A stretch of 64,000 nt of DNA from an uncultured Clostridia bacterium (lineage in GTDB: Bacteria; CAYTYR01; UBA6262), in contig CAYTYR010000001.1 in the NCBI GenBank assembly GCA_964441745.1, positions 130,754-194,753 of the forward strand, read 5' to 3'. The position numbers and the translations under genes are program-made. This document shows positions 63,795 to 64,000 of this stretch, one piece after another. The stretch's first letter is position 1; each line of letters begins with the position of its first letter. The notes below the pieces were generated by a model that saw only the letters and a program-made list of their open reading frames with translations, did no database searches and had not been told where the DNA came from.

Positions 63795-64000
63795 TATTCA
63801 CCTGGGTCAGGATCATAATGATCTTCGTTCCAGGCATCAAGTTCATCAGAACGATCATAAAATGACTCTATCCCTGCCAACTTAAGTTCTTCAATATCAT
63901 TTAATCTTAAACCACATTCTCCACACATAAACCCATCGGCAAAGAAATCGAGTGATATATCAGGCGATTCATCATGGCCTTCAACATGAACATCAGTATA
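63795..64000 (-). CDS. 3' end of an ORF running off the window (…FMCGECGLRLNDIEELKLAGIESFYDRSDELDAWNEDHYDPDPGEYF)
   Basis: Open frame to the window edge; stop at 63795-63797. Confidence 0.3.

Overview
The window reads as a 64-kb stretch of an anaerobic bacterial chromosome. About 90% of it is transcribed on the minus strand. It splits into three parts.

**1. Core metal and Fe-S region (1 to 33.5 kb).**
- A co-directional run of about 28 genes for iron, nickel/cobalt and Fe-S metabolism. A Fur gene with an operator-like palindrome sits at the upstream end, and feoAB sits at the downstream end.
- The run includes three glycine-rich DUF5320-like paralogs interleaved with two NifX/NifB-type FeMo-cofactor-domain proteins and a 2x[4Fe-4S] ferredoxin.
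- It also includes two MinD/ParA-like ATPases with ferredoxin inserts, a CGGC protein, NifU/IscU-like and Mrp/ApbC carriers, a HydG/ThiH-like radical SAM enzyme, and three other radical SAM or activase enzymes.
- A second feoB follows a DtxR-FeoA fusion regulator that has a perfect 22-bp operator palindrome.
- NikR is flanked by paralogous outer-membrane beta-barrels, next to cbiM and a PDGLE gene.
- A four-subunit 2-oxoacid:ferredoxin oxidoreductase operon (porGDAB-type) is present.

**2. Housekeeping block (33.5 to 40.7 kb).**
- An ISNCY-type IS element flanked by 18-bp direct repeats.
- dnaX-ybaB-recR.
- Three tRNAs (Asn-GTT, Ala-CGC, Ser-GCT). Each is preceded by the same conserved TTCATAGG-plus-hairpin element.

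**3. Accessory island (41 to 64 kb), starting right after tRNA-Ser.** It looks more AT-rich by eye and is heavily mobile-element-laden.
- A DUF4143 AAA ATPase.
- An orphan 368-aa protein next to a DUF4062-AlbA_2/Schlafen-like-HATPase_c_4 protein.
- An IS110 element, and an IS21 element (istAB) inserted into a gene.
- A RhuM gene.
- An AbiEi/AbiEii abortive-infection pair bracketed by two directly repeated copies of a Y1 (IS200-like) transposase fused to a DnaA-C-like HTH. A third miniature remnant of that element sits further on, next to tandem GACCCCGTTGTCTCT repeats.
- A tight minus-strand cluster: Cas4-like PD-(D/E)XK nuclease, Cys-based dual-specificity phosphatase, DUF2779 (nuclease plus 3'-5' exonuclease), XRE-ImmA metalloprotease, PIN, and a 42-aa protein with a strong RBS. 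I consider this the best candidate for an undescribed defence system.
- A membrane-anchored protein plus a TIR-domain protein pair (Thoeris-like).

All calls come from reading the six-frame track and the raw sequence. No database search was run, so family assignments rest on recognisable motifs.
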